This document shows positions 23,415 through 33,927 of a stretch of DNA of 64,000 nt, one piece after another. The translations under genes and the position numbers were made by a program. The stretch covers positions 736,001 to 800,000 of the forward strand of contig CAVQQD010000002.1 of NCBI GenBank assembly GCA_963714975.1, written 5' to 3'. Position 1 is the stretch's first letter. Each line of letters starts with the position of its first letter. The notes beneath the pieces were generated by a model that worked only from the letters and a program-made list of their open reading frames with translations, was not told where the DNA came from and ran no database searches. The DNA comes from an uncultured Gammaproteobacteria bacterium (GTDB lineage Bacteria > Pseudomonadota > Gammaproteobacteria > JAURND01).

Positions 23415-24747
23415 TTCCCTTGGCGAGGGTGATGCAGAGCTAACGAAAATTGTGACTGATCTCTTGGTAGAAGCTAAGCAATTAGGTGCTACCCAAGCAG
23501 AAGTCGCTGCAAACACAGAAATAGGTTTTTCTGTGCAGGTGAGAAAAGGAGAAGTCGAAACAATAGAACATCACCGGGGTCGAAACTTAAGTTTAACTGT
23601 CTATTTCGGCCATTGTAGCGGCAGCAGCCTTACTTCAGATTTAAGTCCCCCAGCCTTAAAAACCACCTTGGAAAAAGCTTGTAATATTGCACGCTATACC
23701 GGCGAAGATCCTTGCTCGGGATTAGCTGATACTGAGCTTATGGCCACTCATTATCCAGACCTAGAGTTATATCATCCTTGGGACCTTACTCCCGAACAAG
23801 CCATAGCGATGGCAACAGAATGTGAATTCTTGGCGCTCAATGCTGATAAACGGATCACGAATTCAGAAGGAGCAGCAGTCAGCACTCATGCCCATTGGCA
23901 AATTTATGCGAATACTCACGGTTTTCTAGGTTATTTCCCGAGTACCTATCATTCGATTAATTGCACACTGATCTCACAGCAAGGAAATGAGATGCATTTG
24001 GATTCTGATTATACCTGTGCCCGGAATCCTGATACTTTGGAGTCAATTAAGGTTGTGGCGAAACGAGCGGCTGAAAATACGGCATCACGCGTAGGCGCTA
24101 AACGTTTAGCAACGCGGCGAGCTCCAGTGATTTTCCAAGCGGATGTGGCCAAAGGCTTAATAGCACATTTTCTATCGGCAATTAGTGGCGGTAATTTATA
24201 TCGGCGTAGCTCATTTTTGTTGGATCAATTAGATCAGCCCGTTTTTCCTACATTTATTGATATCTTGGAACGCCCCCATGTTCGGGCTGGCATTGGAAGT
24301 GCCCCCTTTGATTCGGAAGGAGTCAGAACTCATGAGCGTCATTTGATTTCTGCAGGTACGTTGCAAAGTTATTTATTAGGCAGTTATTCTGCAAGACAAT
24401 TAAAGCTGCAATCTACAGGAAATGCCAATGGCGCACATAATGTAAGCATTGTGGCAAGAGGGTCGGAAGATTTATCCAGTTTATTGAAAACTATGGGTAC
24501 TGGTTTATTCGTCACAGATTTAATGGGACAAGGGGTCAATATCATCACCGGTGATTATTCCCGCGGTGTTTTTGGTTACTGGGTTGAGCAAGGAGAAATT
24601 CAATATCCTGTACAAGAAGTAACCATTGCTGGTAACCTAAAAGAGATGTTTGCGCATATTGTGGCTGTGGGAAATGATGTGGACCTACGCGGCAATATTC
24701 AAACAGGATCAATTTTATTAGAATCTATTATGATTGCTGGGGAATAA
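23401..24747 (+). CDS. pmbA: Metalloprotease PmbA/TldE
   Basis: FD.EGV, GQGVN..TGDYSRG, TIAGNL. Confidence 0.93.
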   Translation: MQDIDSLGEGDAELTKIVTDLLVEAKQLGATQAEVAANTEIGFSVQVRKGEVETIEHHRGRNLSLTVYFGHCSGSSLTSDLSPPALKTTLEKACNIARYTGEDPCSGLADTELMATHYPDLELYHPWDLTPEQAIAMATECEFLALNADKRITNSEGAAVSTHAHWQIYANTHGFLGYFPSTYHSINCTLISQQGNEMHLDSDYTCARNPDTLESIKVVAKRAAENTASRVGAKRLATRRAPVIFQADVAKGLIAHFLSAISGGNLYRRSSFLLDQLDQPVFPTFIDILERPHVRAGIGSAPFDSEGVRTHERHLISAGTLQSYLLGSYSARQLKLQSTGNANGAHNVSIVARGSEDLSSLLKTMGTGLFVTDLMGQGVNIITGDYSRGVFGYWVEQGEIQYPVQEVTIAGNLKEMFAHIVAVGNDVDLRGNIQTGSILLESIMIAGE

Positions 24748-24750
24748 ATC

Positions 24751-25176
24751 GTGAAACAACGTACATTATCTATCATCAAGCCGGACGCAGTAGCTAAAAA
24801 TAACATCGGCGCCATTAATCAACGTTTTGAACAAGCAGGATTAAAGATCATTGGGGCAAAAATGCTCCACCTGACACAGAATCAGGCAGAACAATTTTAT
24901 GGCATTCACAAAGAGCGGCCTTTTTACGCCAGTTTAGTAGACTTTATGATTTCAGGTCCGGTGTTAGTGCAGGTACTGGAGGGGGACAATGCTGTGGCTA
25001 AAAATCGTGAATTGATGGGAGCCACTAATCCAAAAGAAGCTCTGCCGGGGACGATCCGTGCAGATTTTGCTGCTTCGATTGAGGAAAATGCTGTGCACGG
25101 TTCTGATGGAGCGGAAACTGCTGCTTGGGAGATTGCATTCTTCTTTGCCCCAGAAGAGATTCATAGCCGAAAATGA
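24751..25176 (+). CDS. ndk: Nucleoside diphosphate kinase
   Basis: IIKPDA, GTIRADF, NAVHGSD. Confidence 0.98.
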   Translation: MKQRTLSIIKPDAVAKNNIGAINQRFEQAGLKIIGAKMLHLTQNQAEQFYGIHKERPFYASLVDFMISGPVLVQVLEGDNAVAKNRELMGATNPKEALPGTIRADFAASIEENAVHGSDGAETAAWEIAFFFAPEEIHSRK

Positions 25177-26432
25177 CTGATAAAGGAGGAATTCCCGCTG
25201 AAGCCTTAATACCCGACGGGTCCTGCCGCGCGGGCAATCCGCCGAGCTCGCTCGCTGCGCGCGGCGTTATTACCCCACGCGTCACCCGTCGGCCAGATGG
25301 CGTAGAAGCGGGAATTACTACTAATAAGATCAACTTATTGAATTTCGATCGGGCAGGCCTGCGGCAATTTTTCCAGGGCTTAGGAGAAAAGGAATTTCGT
25401 GCTGACCAACTAATTCAGTGGGTACATCAGGAGGGAGTTACTGATGTCAACACCATGAGCAATTTTAGCAAAGCATTGCGTCAGCGTTTGTCCGATTTAG
25501 TTCATGTTGAGTTGCTTGAAATTGGCCATGAAAACATCGCAAGCGATGGCACGCATAAGTGGCTCATGCGGTTAAAAGAAGGCAATTCCATTGAAACTGT
25601 ATTTATTCCAGAAGTTCGTCGCGGTACCTTATGTATTTCTTCCCAGGTAGGCTGCGCTCTAGATTGTCGCTTTTGTTCTACAGGAAAGCAGGGGTTTAGT
25701 CGTAATTTGACCGTAGCAGAAATCATTGGCCAGGTTTGGGTTGCCAAGCAAAGGTTGGCGGCCCATCACGCTGGCGATCGGCCGGTCATTACCAATATTG
25801 TATTAATGGGCATGGGCGAGCCATTACTCAATCTGGATAATGTAGTGAAAGCCATGAATATCATGATGGATGATTTTGCCTATGGCTTATCTAAACATCG
25901 GGTCACTTTAAGTACTTCGGGGGTAGTGCCTGCTATGCTAGAATTACGCAAATTGAGTTCAGTGGCATTGGCAGTATCATTACATGCGCCAAATGATGCG
26001 CTACGCAGTCAATTAGTTCCATTAAATAAGAAATATCCTCTCAAGGAATTAATGGCTGTTTGTAAAGATTATTATAAGGAGCAACCGAAACGTGTCGTGA
26101 CGATGGAATATGTGATGTTAAAAGACGTCAATGATCACACCGGTCACGCGCAGGAATTGGTGAAGTTACTAAAAGGGATACCTTGTAAACTGAATTTAAT
26201 TCCGTTTAATCCATTTCCTTTTACCGAATATGAATGCTCATCTTATGAAACCATTCGCAGATTTCAAAGAATCACGCAAGAAAATGGTATCCACACGACG
26301 ATTCGTAAGACCCGTGGCGATGATATAGATGCGGCGTGTGGGCAATTAGTTGGAAATTTCCAAGACCGTACTTTGCGCAACAAGCGTTGGACCCAGAGAC
26401 ACGAGATGCAAAAAACAGGAGAAAAATTATGA
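25173..26432 (+). CDS. rlmN: 23S rRNA/tRNA m2A methyltransferase RlmN with an N-terminal repeat insertion
   Basis: [27 protein letters not shown]. Confidence 0.97.
   Translation: MTDKGGIPAEALIPDGSCRAGNPPSSLAARGVITPRVTRRPDGVEAGITTNKINLLNFDRAGLRQFFQGLGEKEFRADQLIQWVHQEGVTDVNTMSNFSKALRQRLSDLVHVELLEIGHENIASDGTHKWLMRLKEGNSIETVFIPEVRRGTLCISSQVGCALDCRFCSTGKQGFSRNLTVAEIIGQVWVAKQRLAAHHAGDRPVITNIVLMGMGEPLLNLDNVVKAMNIMMDDFAYGLSKHRVTLSTSGVVPAMLELRKLSSVALAVSLHAPNDALRSQLVPLNKKYPLKELMAVCKDYYKEQPKRVVTMEYVMLKDVNDHTGHAQELVKLLKGIPCKLNLIPFNPFPFTEYECSSYETIRRFQRITQENGIHTTIRKTRGDDIDAACGQLVGNFQDRTLRNKRWTQRHEMQKTGEKL
25190..25316 (+). repeat. Palindromic element family B inserted in frame in rlmN
   Basis: Terminal IR aattcccgct..agcgggaatt; shares blocks with 13247-13311 and 56847-56902. 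Confidence 0.88.
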
Positions 26433-26881
26433 GTGAAATGTCCCCATCCCCGGTCCGAGGTGGACCAGGCGCTAGTCTACGTATTATGCGTGAAGCTAAA
26501 AACCGCAGTTTAGAGGAAGTTGCCGAGCAATTAAAATTATCTCCCCAGCGCTTAACGCAAATTGAGCAGGATGATTATAAAAGTATTGGCGCCGATGCTT
26601 ATGCTATTGGCTACTTACGAGGTTATGCACGAATATTGGGTTTATCTGAAAACGAGGTTCACGAAATACTTAATGCGTTTGAAACCTCGGGTCTGGCGGC
26701 AGAAATTTCTCGCCAGCCGTTAGAGTTGCTGAATAAAAAAATTTCGCAGTCAGCTCCAAAACGAGCACGTCGCTTTGGTTATTTGCTGTTGTTGTTAGTC
26801 GTTGGCGTGGCTGGCTTTTGGTGGTATCACCATGTAACTGAGACCGAAAAAACTTCTCCTGTCCAGGAAGAGAGGCTCTAA
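26429..26881 (+). CDS. rodZ: Short RodZ-like protein (HTH plus TM, little periplasmic domain)
   Basis: G..LR..RE....SLEEVA..LKLS, GYLR.YAR.LG, basic patch, TM; canonical position before hisS. Confidence 0.75.
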   Translation: MSEMSPSPVRGGPGASLRIMREAKNRSLEEVAEQLKLSPQRLTQIEQDDYKSIGADAYAIGYLRGYARILGLSENEVHEILNAFETSGLAAEISRQPLELLNKKISQSAPKRARRFGYLLLLLVVGVAGFWWYHHVTETEKTSPVQEERL

Positions 26882-26884
26882 GCG

Positions 26885-28195
26885 TTGAATTTACAAGCCA
26901 TTCGCGGAATGAATGATATTCTTCCTGCACAAACACTGTATTGGCAGTATTTGGAAACGCTGTTAGCCAATCTGGCGCGCAGTTTTGGCTATGATGAAAT
27001 CCGCTTTCCGTTATTAGAATTCACCGCTTTGTTCAAGCGAGGTATTGGCGAAGCCACGGATATCGTTGAAAAAGAAATGTATAGTTTCACCGATAGGAAT
27101 GGGGATAGTTTAACGCTTCGCCCTGAAGGGACGGCAGGTTGTGTACGTGCTGCTATTCAACAGGGTTTATTGCATACTCCCCAGCAGCGCTTGTGGTATC
27201 TTGGCCCGATGTTTCGGCATGAACGTCCGCAAAAAGGTCGCTATCGGCAATTTTATCAGTTTGGTATTGAAGCTTTTGGGATGCCAGGCCCCGATATTGA
27301 TGTGGAAATGATTTTCATCAGTGCCCGGATTTGGGAATTATTAGGGATTCAAGATCGGGTTAGGCTACAACTCAATTCTCTGGGCTCCCCGGAGTGTCGA
27401 TTGCATTACCGGACAAAATTGGTTGAGTATTTTACTCGTCACTCCCAATTATTAGACGAGGACAGCCAACGACGCCTGACCACCAATCCGCTGCGTATTT
27501 TGGATAGCAAAAATCCGGCTATGCAGGCTCTGATTGCCGGTGCGCCAGCACTCATTGATTCTTTAAATCCATCCGCTCGTGCTCATTTTGATAGTTTAAC
27601 CAGCCTGTTAGATGAGGCTGGAATTAGCTATGAAATTAATCCACGCTTGGTGCGGGGTTTAGATTATTATGGGGGCATGGTATTTGAGTGGGTGGCTGAA
27701 CATATTGGCGCCCAAAGTGCGATTTGTTCTGGTGGACGTTATGATGCTTTAGTCGAGTTATTGGGCGGAAAAGCTACTCCAGCAGTAGGTTTTGCTCTGG
27801 GCATGGAGCGAGTCATTGGCTTGTTAGAAGAGTCTAAGCAATTAACAGAAACCACCGATGTTTATTTTATTTTAGTGGGTTTAGCTGCCGAACGAAAAGG
27901 CACGGTGTTAGCGCAACAATGGCGCAGGGAATTTCCTAAGCTGCGGCTGATTATCAATTGTGGTGGAGGGAATTTTAAAACTCAATTTAAACGAGCAGAC
28001 CGTAGTAACGCACGGCTAGCTTTAATTTTGGGTGAAGATGAATTAATTCAGGCCAAAATATCCGTAAAATACCTCCGAGAAGACCGCCCTCAAGAATTAG
28101 TACCCTTTGCAGAAATTAGCCGCCTCTTTATCGATCAAGGCACCTATCCTTCTCCCCTTGTGGGAGAAGGTGGCCGCAGGCCGGATGAGGGGTAA
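26885..28195 (+). CDS. hisS: Histidyl-tRNA synthetase
   Basis: [35 protein letters not shown]; last 15 codons are REP-derived. Confidence 0.98.
   Translation: MNLQAIRGMNDILPAQTLYWQYLETLLANLARSFGYDEIRFPLLEFTALFKRGIGEATDIVEKEMYSFTDRNGDSLTLRPEGTAGCVRAAIQQGLLHTPQQRLWYLGPMFRHERPQKGRYRQFYQFGIEAFGMPGPDIDVEMIFISARIWELLGIQDRVRLQLNSLGSPECRLHYRTKLVEYFTRHSQLLDEDSQRRLTTNPLRILDSKNPAMQALIAGAPALIDSLNPSARAHFDSLTSLLDEAGISYEINPRLVRGLDYYGGMVFEWVAEHIGAQSAICSGGRYDALVELLGGKATPAVGFALGMERVIGLLEESKQLTETTDVYFILVGLAAERKGTVLAQQWRREFPKLRLIINCGGGNFKTQFKRADRSNARLALILGEDELIQAKISVKYLREDRPQELVPFAEISRLFIDQGTYPSPLVGEGGRRPDEG
28148..28192 (+). repeat. REP family A forming the 3' end of hisS
   Basis: ccttctccccttgtgggagaaggtggccgcaggccggatgagggg encodes [15 protein letters not shown]. 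Confidence 0.92.
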
Positions 28196-28338
28196 GTCTC
28201 ACTTGTGCTCCTATTCCTAGATTTTCTCCCATAGCTCACTGAAATAAGGGGTCTCTCTAGCGGACCTACAAATAGCTAAAGGATAGTTCAACCTAGATTC
28301 GGCCTGTGGATTTTCATTAAGGCTACGAAAAAAAAGCA

Positions 28339-28367
28339 TTGTGCAAGGAACAGTGTCTCGCTATTAT
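28339..28367 (+). promoter_or_regulatory. Sigma70-like promoter of family X copy 1
   Basis: TTGTGC-N17-TATTAT, conserved with 32430-32458. Confidence 0.55.
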
Positions 28368-28409
28368 TGCGATGATATATTGTTCTAGATTTAAGAGGAG
28401 TGCCATTTT

Positions 28410-28967
28410 ATGGCTCAAGAAACATTTACAATGCTGCAAGAAAGAGAACCCAACTTAGTAACAGGAAAGGAGGCGGTGACTTGGGGCCAACTTCAGCCAA
28501 TGTTACAAGCAGTGGATCAGAAACCCCTTTTAGATTTTTATGGCCAGTTATCATCCGCTGAGCTGCGTCAATGCTACTGCTTGTTAGAGTCCAATTCTCA
28601 AGAAAAGTCTCACTTTTTGCGTTTGTCAAGTGTAGTAGGCCAAAAAATCCATGACGTAGAAATAGAACCTCCGGGTTGTGCCTCATCAATCCTAGGAGTT
28701 GGGGGTGGGGCAGCTGCGCTGGGCAGCTATATATACCTTGGAATATGGCTTGTAGCTAATAGACCTAATGGAGCTGGGCTGCCTTTTTATGGGCTTAGTG
28801 TATTTCCTATGGCATGTTTATCGCTGTTTTTAATGGCTGTAATAGGAGGGACTTCTTCAATGATTGGAGATTATTTTAATAAGGAACTTACTGCGCTTAA
28901 GGAATTGCGTCGTGAGATTGATGATAGACAAGATGTAACAAGTCCTTCAGGCTTGGCAAGTAAATAG
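28410..28967 (+). CDS. Family X hairpin-membrane protein, copy 1
   Basis: VTWGQL, FYGQLSSAELRQC, two TM helices, NKELTALKELR coiled tail; RBS gaggag. Confidence 0.85.
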   Translation: MAQETFTMLQEREPNLVTGKEAVTWGQLQPMLQAVDQKPLLDFYGQLSSAELRQCYCLLESNSQEKSHFLRLSSVVGQKIHDVEIEPPGCASSILGVGGGAAALGSYIYLGIWLVANRPNGAGLPFYGLSVFPMACLSLFLMAVIGGTSSMIGDYFNKELTALKELRREIDDRQDVTSPSGLASK

Positions 28968-29012
28968 AGGTTATTTCAAACACCTTCCTCCGGTTATGAA
29001 GCAAAATTTTTT

Positions 29013-30950
29013 ATGAAAAAAAATTCTATTATAATTTTAATTATTTTTTTGGCATTCAATTTCCATGTAATTTACGCAAATCCAAATCAAATACGCAATG
29101 TTTCACTATTTGAGCCTTTGACCCAGCAGGAATTGGTTAAAACAATAAAGCTTATTAAAAAATCTCCCCACTATTCAAAAGATATAGTATTTACTTACTT
29201 GAGTTTGCAAGAACCACAAAAGACCGACCAAAAATATATTCGACAAGCGGTGGCTTTGTTATTTAATCCCAAACAAAATAAATCCTATGAAGTAATTATT
29301 ACCTTAGGTAGCAAATCTTCACTGTCGTGGAAAGAGCTGCCGCAAGTACAGCTGATGGGAAGCAATTATGATTACTCAACCATACCTGAATTATTAAAAA
29401 GCAATGACGCTTGGAAAAGTGCTTTAGCCAAACGTGGCATTAAAAAACCTACTGAAGTCTTTGTTAGCCCTTGGATTGCGGAGCCTTCGAATGATCCGAA
29501 CTTACAAGGTCATCGTTTATTTCACGCCATCCCTTATGACGCAAGGAATAACTTAAACGATTACGGAAGACCGATTGAGGGATTAAGCGCTTTGGTTGAT
29601 TTGACCACGCAAAAAATTCAAGTACTGGATACGGGAATTATACCTATTGCGAAAAGTGATAGCCCTTATAACAGCAAATCAGTAGGCCCTTTAAGAACAC
29701 CTCCTAATCTAGTGCATAGTGATCAGCCGCAAGGCTACAGTTTTCAGTTAAAAAAACATCAAGTTACCTGGCAGAAATGGCGTTTTAATATTGGTTTTAA
29801 TCCACGTGATGGACTGACTTTGCATCAGATCCAATATTACGATCAAAGAAAATGGCGTTCTATTTTGTATCGACTTTCTTTAGCCGATATTTTGGTTCCT
29901 TATGGAGATCCCGATCCGCAATGGAATTGGCGCCATGCTTTGGATGCTGCAGAATATGGCTTGGGCTTGGTAACAGTCCCATTGCAAAAAGGTTTGGATG
30001 TTCCAGAAAATACGCATTTAATCAGTATCCCCAGTGTCAATGATGAGGGAAAACTGGAATTTCGCAAAGATATCATCGCATTATATGAACAATACGGCGG
30101 ATTGAGTTGGAAGCATTATGATCTGGATCGAACTCACACCAATGAAGCACGCCGCGCGCAAAATTTAGTAGTGGCTTCGCACGTGAGCATAGGTAATTAT
30201 GATTATCTGATTCAATATATTTTTAAACAAGATGCGAGTATGGAAGTAGTCGTTTCTTTAACGGGGATTATGTTACCTAAGGGCATTGAAAAAAATAAAG
30301 TTGATCATTTTGCTCATCAAGTTACTGCCGATATTGCTGCGCCACATCATCAGCATTTTTTTAATTTTCGTCTTGATTTTGATGTAGATGGTAGGGAAAA
30401 CACCCTCGTGGAGGAAAACACCCTGCCCATGCCGCAAGGAAAGGATAATCCTGCAGGCAATGCTTTTATGCATCAGGGAACTGTGTTAGCAACTTCTGTT
30501 GCAGCACGTCGTAATCTCAACCTCGATAGCGATCGTTTTTGGATAATCTTAAATCCGAAGGTAAAAAATAGTTTGGGGCAGCCAGTAAGTTACGGGTTAA
30601 TTCCAGGCAGCAACACCATCGCCCATGCTCAGCCTAATAGTGAAGTAAGACGAATGGCAGGATTTATTAATTACCACTTATGGGCGACTCCCTATGATCC
30701 AGAGCAAATGAATGCTACGGGTCTTTATCCAGTACTCAATAAACATATTAATGGATTGGAACAATGGGCAGCTGAAAATAAATCGATTGAAAATACCGAT
30801 CTGGTGGTGTGGTATACCCTGGGTGTGACTCATATTCCTCGTCCTGAAGAATGGCCAGTGATGCCAGTCACCAGCATTTCCTTTAAGATTGTGCCGGTTG
30901 GATTTTTTACCCAGAATCCTGCTTTAGATTTACCCCCGCTTGGAAGCTAG
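29013..30950 (+). CDS. tynA: Copper/TPQ primary amine oxidase with signal peptide
   Basis: S.GNYDY topaquinone motif, HQH and THIPRPEEWPVMP copper ligands, D..EYG catalytic Asp. Confidence 0.92.
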   Translation: MKKNSIIILIIFLAFNFHVIYANPNQIRNVSLFEPLTQQELVKTIKLIKKSPHYSKDIVFTYLSLQEPQKTDQKYIRQAVALLFNPKQNKSYEVIITLGSKSSLSWKELPQVQLMGSNYDYSTIPELLKSNDAWKSALAKRGIKKPTEVFVSPWIAEPSNDPNLQGHRLFHAIPYDARNNLNDYGRPIEGLSALVDLTTQKIQVLDTGIIPIAKSDSPYNSKSVGPLRTPPNLVHSDQPQGYSFQLKKHQVTWQKWRFNIGFNPRDGLTLHQIQYYDQRKWRSILYRLSLADILVPYGDPDPQWNWRHALDAAEYGLGLVTVPLQKGLDVPENTHLISIPSVNDEGKLEFRKDIIALYEQYGGLSWKHYDLDRTHTNEARRAQNLVVASHVSIGNYDYLIQYIFKQDASMEVVVSLTGIMLPKGIEKNKVDHFAHQVTADIAAPHHQHFFNFRLDFDVDGRENTLVEENTLPMPQGKDNPAGNAFMHQGTVLATSVAARRNLNLDSDRFWIILNPKVKNSLGQPVSYGLIPGSNTIAHAQPNSEVRRMAGFINYHLWATPYDPEQMNATGLYPVLNKHINGLEQWAAENKSIENTDLVVWYTLGVTHIPRPEEWPVMPVTSISFKIVPVGFFTQNPALDLPPLGS

Positions 30951-30957
30951 GCATACA

Positions 30958-30988
30958 CCCTCATCCGGCCTACGGCCACCTTCTCCCC
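30958..30988 (-). repeat. Half REP family A
   Basis: ccctcatccggcctacggccaccttctcc, identical to 31607-31635. Confidence 0.85.
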
Positions 30989-31149
30989 AACTGCAGTTGA
31001 CTTGCTAGCTGCGGTGGTGGCATACCCACTCCATATAAATACGTTATAAATACGTTGTAACTTGGTTTTTTCAGTCCTTTCAGGTACAGTTAATTATTTT
31101 TTAGGTTATATATAACAATTTTGTCTCACTTAAAGAGGAGTGTAATTTT

Positions 31150-31587
31150 ATGGCTACTACAATTCGAGAAACAACAGTCGTAAAGCTGCAAAACCAATTC
31201 AGCGGCTTCAAGTCTCATTTTCGAGAAAAATCTGATTTTGAGGATTTGTTACGAACAGTAGACCAAAAAATTCATGATATATCCGGTCCAGGTTGCGCAT
31301 CGTGGGGCCTAGGAGTAGTGGTTGGGGCAGGTACAGTGGCCGGTTATATAGGCCTTGAACAGTGGTTTGCAGACAAGGATGGAACGTTTCCCGCAGAGTT
31401 CATGTTCACATATCCTCCACTTGTCGCTTTGGCAATTGTTGTAATAGCGTTAATAATCGGAACAGCAATGATTACGTCAAAGATTACAGATTATTGTAAT
31501 AAGGAACTTACTCAGCTTGAGACACTACGAGACGATATACAAACGACAATAAGGAATTTGTCTGGGGAGGGGCCCGCATACAAATAG
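31150..31587 (+). CDS. Family X hairpin-membrane protein, copy 2 (shorter N-terminus)
   Basis: VDQKIHDI.GPGCASWGLGV, two TM helices, NKELTQLETLR. Confidence 0.82.
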   Translation: MATTIRETTVVKLQNQFSGFKSHFREKSDFEDLLRTVDQKIHDISGPGCASWGLGVVVGAGTVAGYIGLEQWFADKDGTFPAEFMFTYPPLVALAIVVIALIIGTAMITSKITDYCNKELTQLETLRDDIQTTIRNLSGEGPAYK

Positions 31588-31606
31588 CTAAAAGCCATTT
31601 CAAGCA

Positions 31607-31635
31607 CCCTCATCCGGCCTACGGCCACCTTCTCC
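31607..31635 (-). repeat. Half REP family A
   Basis: ccctcatccggcctacggccaccttctcc. Confidence 0.85.
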
Positions 31636-31649
31636 AAGAGATGAAGAGA

Positions 31650-32315
31650 TTAGGCAGAAGCAGTTCCTCGTCGATGCCAAATGATCGGTGCGGCGGCTTT
31701 TACTTGCTGATTATATAAGGTGAAAGTGGCAACTGTAGTCTCCGGGTTGGTGCATTGCAAATGATATAAGCCTTCCTGGGAGCCTGGTTTTAAGCGGCGT
31801 AAAAGTATTTCATTATGTGCCGTTTCTATAATGCAGTCCTGATTAATTAAACTTTTAATAGCTTCTCCAGTGCGGATACGTCCTGCCACATAATCTCCAG
31901 GCTGGTAATGAGGCGACATCCCATCATCCGTTAGCATAATACTGAGGGCATTTTCATTCAGGCTGCGAAAGAGAATCAGTTCTTGGATAATATTTTCAGA
32001 TGGAACCGAAGCAGAAACTGCAGGTTGACTTGCTAGCCGCGGTGGCATACCCACTCCATATAAAAGCCACTCTAGCGAACAATTAAGGCCTTCTTGTTGC
32101 AAGGCTACTAGAATGCGAACCGCTCCCTGCCGCGTTAAACCTCCTGATTTTGCTGATTCCCAGGATTGTACCGTGCTAGCACTAATCTGATATTTTCCTT
32201 CCAGGGAATGCCGGGTTAAATCCAGAACCATTCTGGCCATTTTCAGGCGTTTGCCCCGAGCTTTAGGGCTAGATTGAGGATCAGAAATTTTAGGAGATTT
32301 GAGAGTAAGTTCCAT
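31650..32315 (-). CDS. XRE-family HTH regulator with an S24/LexA-like C-terminal domain
   Basis: RGKRLK.AR, T.QSWE, SLEWLL.G.G; DDGMSPHY.PGDYV. Confidence 0.8.
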   Translation of the reverse strand: MELTLKSPKISDPQSSPKARGKRLKMARMVLDLTRHSLEGKYQISASTVQSWESAKSGGLTRQGAVRILVALQQEGLNCSLEWLLYGVGMPPRLASQPAVSASVPSENIIQELILFRSLNENALSIMLTDDGMSPHYQPGDYVAGRIRTGEAIKSLINQDCIIETAHNEILLRRLKPGSQEGLYHLQCTNPETTVATFTLYNQQVKAAAPIIWHRRGTASA

Positions 32316-32429
32316 AGATAAATCCTTTTCCGTTGCTGGTTCCTGGTAGGTGCTAATGTTAGCGTGTAACGACCAATTGTCAATCTTTACTTTGTTTTGT
32401 CCCAGAAAACCCCATCCCACAAAAAACCA

Positions 32430-32458
32430 TTGTCGGAGAAGGGATGTGCGGTTATTAT
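32430..32458 (+). promoter_or_regulatory. Sigma70-like promoter of family X copy 3
   Basis: TTGTCG-N17-TATTAT, divergent from the XRE gene. Confidence 0.55.
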
Positions 32459-32506
32459 TACCGTGGTAGGTTGAACTAGATCTAATTTAAAAAGGAGTGC
32501 GAGCTT

Positions 32507-33088
32507 ATGGGTTCAAATTTCTTAGAAATGCCATCTTTGCCATCTTTGATCGAAGAATCAAAGAAGCAGGTGACATGGGCTGAGTTAGGGCCCCTGTTAA
32601 ACACAAACACAAAGAAAGAGACAAAGAAGGAGAAAGCCCTGTTTGTGTTTTGTAACAAGTTATCATCTGCTCAGCTGCATGGTTGCCGCGAGTTGTTAGA
32701 AGATAATCAAGCAGAAAAGGCTCAGTGGAAGCTTTTTTCCAAGGCAGTTGATTACAAAATTGCTCAATTAGAAAGTCCTGGGCCAGGATCCTGGGTTTTA
32801 GGTGTGGGAGTTGCATCGATTGAATTGGCTGGCTATGTGTACGCTGTGTGCTGGGTTTCTGATAATGTTAGCACGGATACGGGTGGTGTGTTGCCGGCTT
32901 TAATGGTTGGATTCATAGTTGCGCTGGCGATAGCACTTCTCTTGTCCGGGGGAATAGCAGAGTTGTCTTCGAGGATTGGAAATTCTCTTGATAAGGAACT
33001 GACTAGGGAATTGAGTGCGCTTAAAGAACTGCGCGAGGACATACAATCTGTCATGAAGCCTTCTTCTCCAGCAACCGCATTGGCCTAA
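32507..33088 (+). CDS. Family X hairpin-membrane protein, copy 3
   Basis: VTWAEL, LSSAQL..C, KI.QLE.PG, two TM helices, DKELT..L..LKELR. Confidence 0.85.
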   Translation: MGSNFLEMPSLPSLIEESKKQVTWAELGPLLNTNTKKETKKEKALFVFCNKLSSAQLHGCRELLEDNQAEKAQWKLFSKAVDYKIAQLESPGPGSWVLGVGVASIELAGYVYAVCWVSDNVSTDTGGVLPALMVGFIVALAIALLLSGGIAELSSRIGNSLDKELTRELSALKELREDIQSVMKPSSPATALA

Positions 33089-33129
33089 ATACAAGGCATA
33101 GAAATGGCACTTTCTTTGTGCGTAAAAAT

Positions 33130-33281
33130 CCTTCTCCCCTTGTGGGAGAAGGTGCCCGAAAGGGCGGATGAGGGGTAAACTTGAAATCAGCAAGGAGCAT
33201 TTTATTAGTTAAATGCTAACTGCTGCTTACCCCTCACCCGCGCGCCTTACGGCGCGGCGGCCTCTCCCACAAGGGGAGAGG
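33130..33281. repeat. Two inverted family A REPs (33130-33175 and 33230-33281)
   Basis: ccttctccccttgtgggagaagg..gatgagggg and cccctcaccc..cctctcccacaaggggagagg. Confidence 0.88.
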
Positions 33282-33343
33282 CAAAATCGTGGTGAATAGT
33301 TACTGTTGAACTAGATCTAACTACTGAAGAGAGGTGCAAACTT

Positions 33344-33904
33344 ATGACTACAGTCCCTGTAGAAACGCCCCTAATTGGGAGGAAGAATCCGAAAGCATCG
33401 AGGGAGATAACATGGGCTGAACTTGAACCTCTATTAAAGGATGAAAATAGGCTTTTTACTTTTTATGGCCAGTTATCAGCTGCTCAGCTGCGCCAATGCC
33501 GCGATTTGTTAACAGCTGAGTCAGAACAAGAGACTCAGTGGCCTCTTTTATGCCAAGCAGTAAGCCGGAAAATCTTGCAATTAGAAAAGGTTTATTGGTC
33601 CCGAGGACTGATTCTAGGGGGGGGGCTTGGCGTAGCCGGAATGGTTGGCTACGCGCTTGGTATAATTTGGCTTTACGATAATGTTGGGGATCTTGCCGCG
33701 TTGCTGTCTGTGATTCCTGGAATCGTGTTTGCATTCTTGATCACAGCCTGCTTAGTGCTAGGATCAGTACGGTTGTTTTCGAGTATCGGAGATAATTTTG
33801 ATCAAGAACTGGCTGATCTTAAGAATCTCCGTGATGAGATAGTGCAAGAACTGACTGATCTAGTGCAGGAAAATAATCTGCCAGGGACGCTCAAATCGAA
33901 TTGA
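33344..33904 (+). CDS. Family X hairpin-membrane protein, copy 4
   Basis: ITWAEL, FYGQLSAAQLRQC, two TM helices, DQELADLKNLR. Confidence 0.85.
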   Translation: MTTVPVETPLIGRKNPKASREITWAELEPLLKDENRLFTFYGQLSAAQLRQCRDLLTAESEQETQWPLLCQAVSRKILQLEKVYWSRGLILGGGLGVAGMVGYALGIIWLYDNVGDLAALLSVIPGIVFAFLITACLVLGSVRLFSSIGDNFDQELADLKNLRDEIVQELTDLVQENNLPGTLKSN

Positions 33905-33927
33905 GGATAAATACACAAGGCACAGGT

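Noticed and set aside
30947-30958. ctaggcatacac next to a half-REP as another IS50-like end
   Set aside because: Spacing is one base short of CTA-N4-AT.CAC and the match is too short to support
31089-31120. PmrA-like box upstream of family X copy 2
   Set aside because: Second half-site and -10 spacing are poor in very AT-rich DNA
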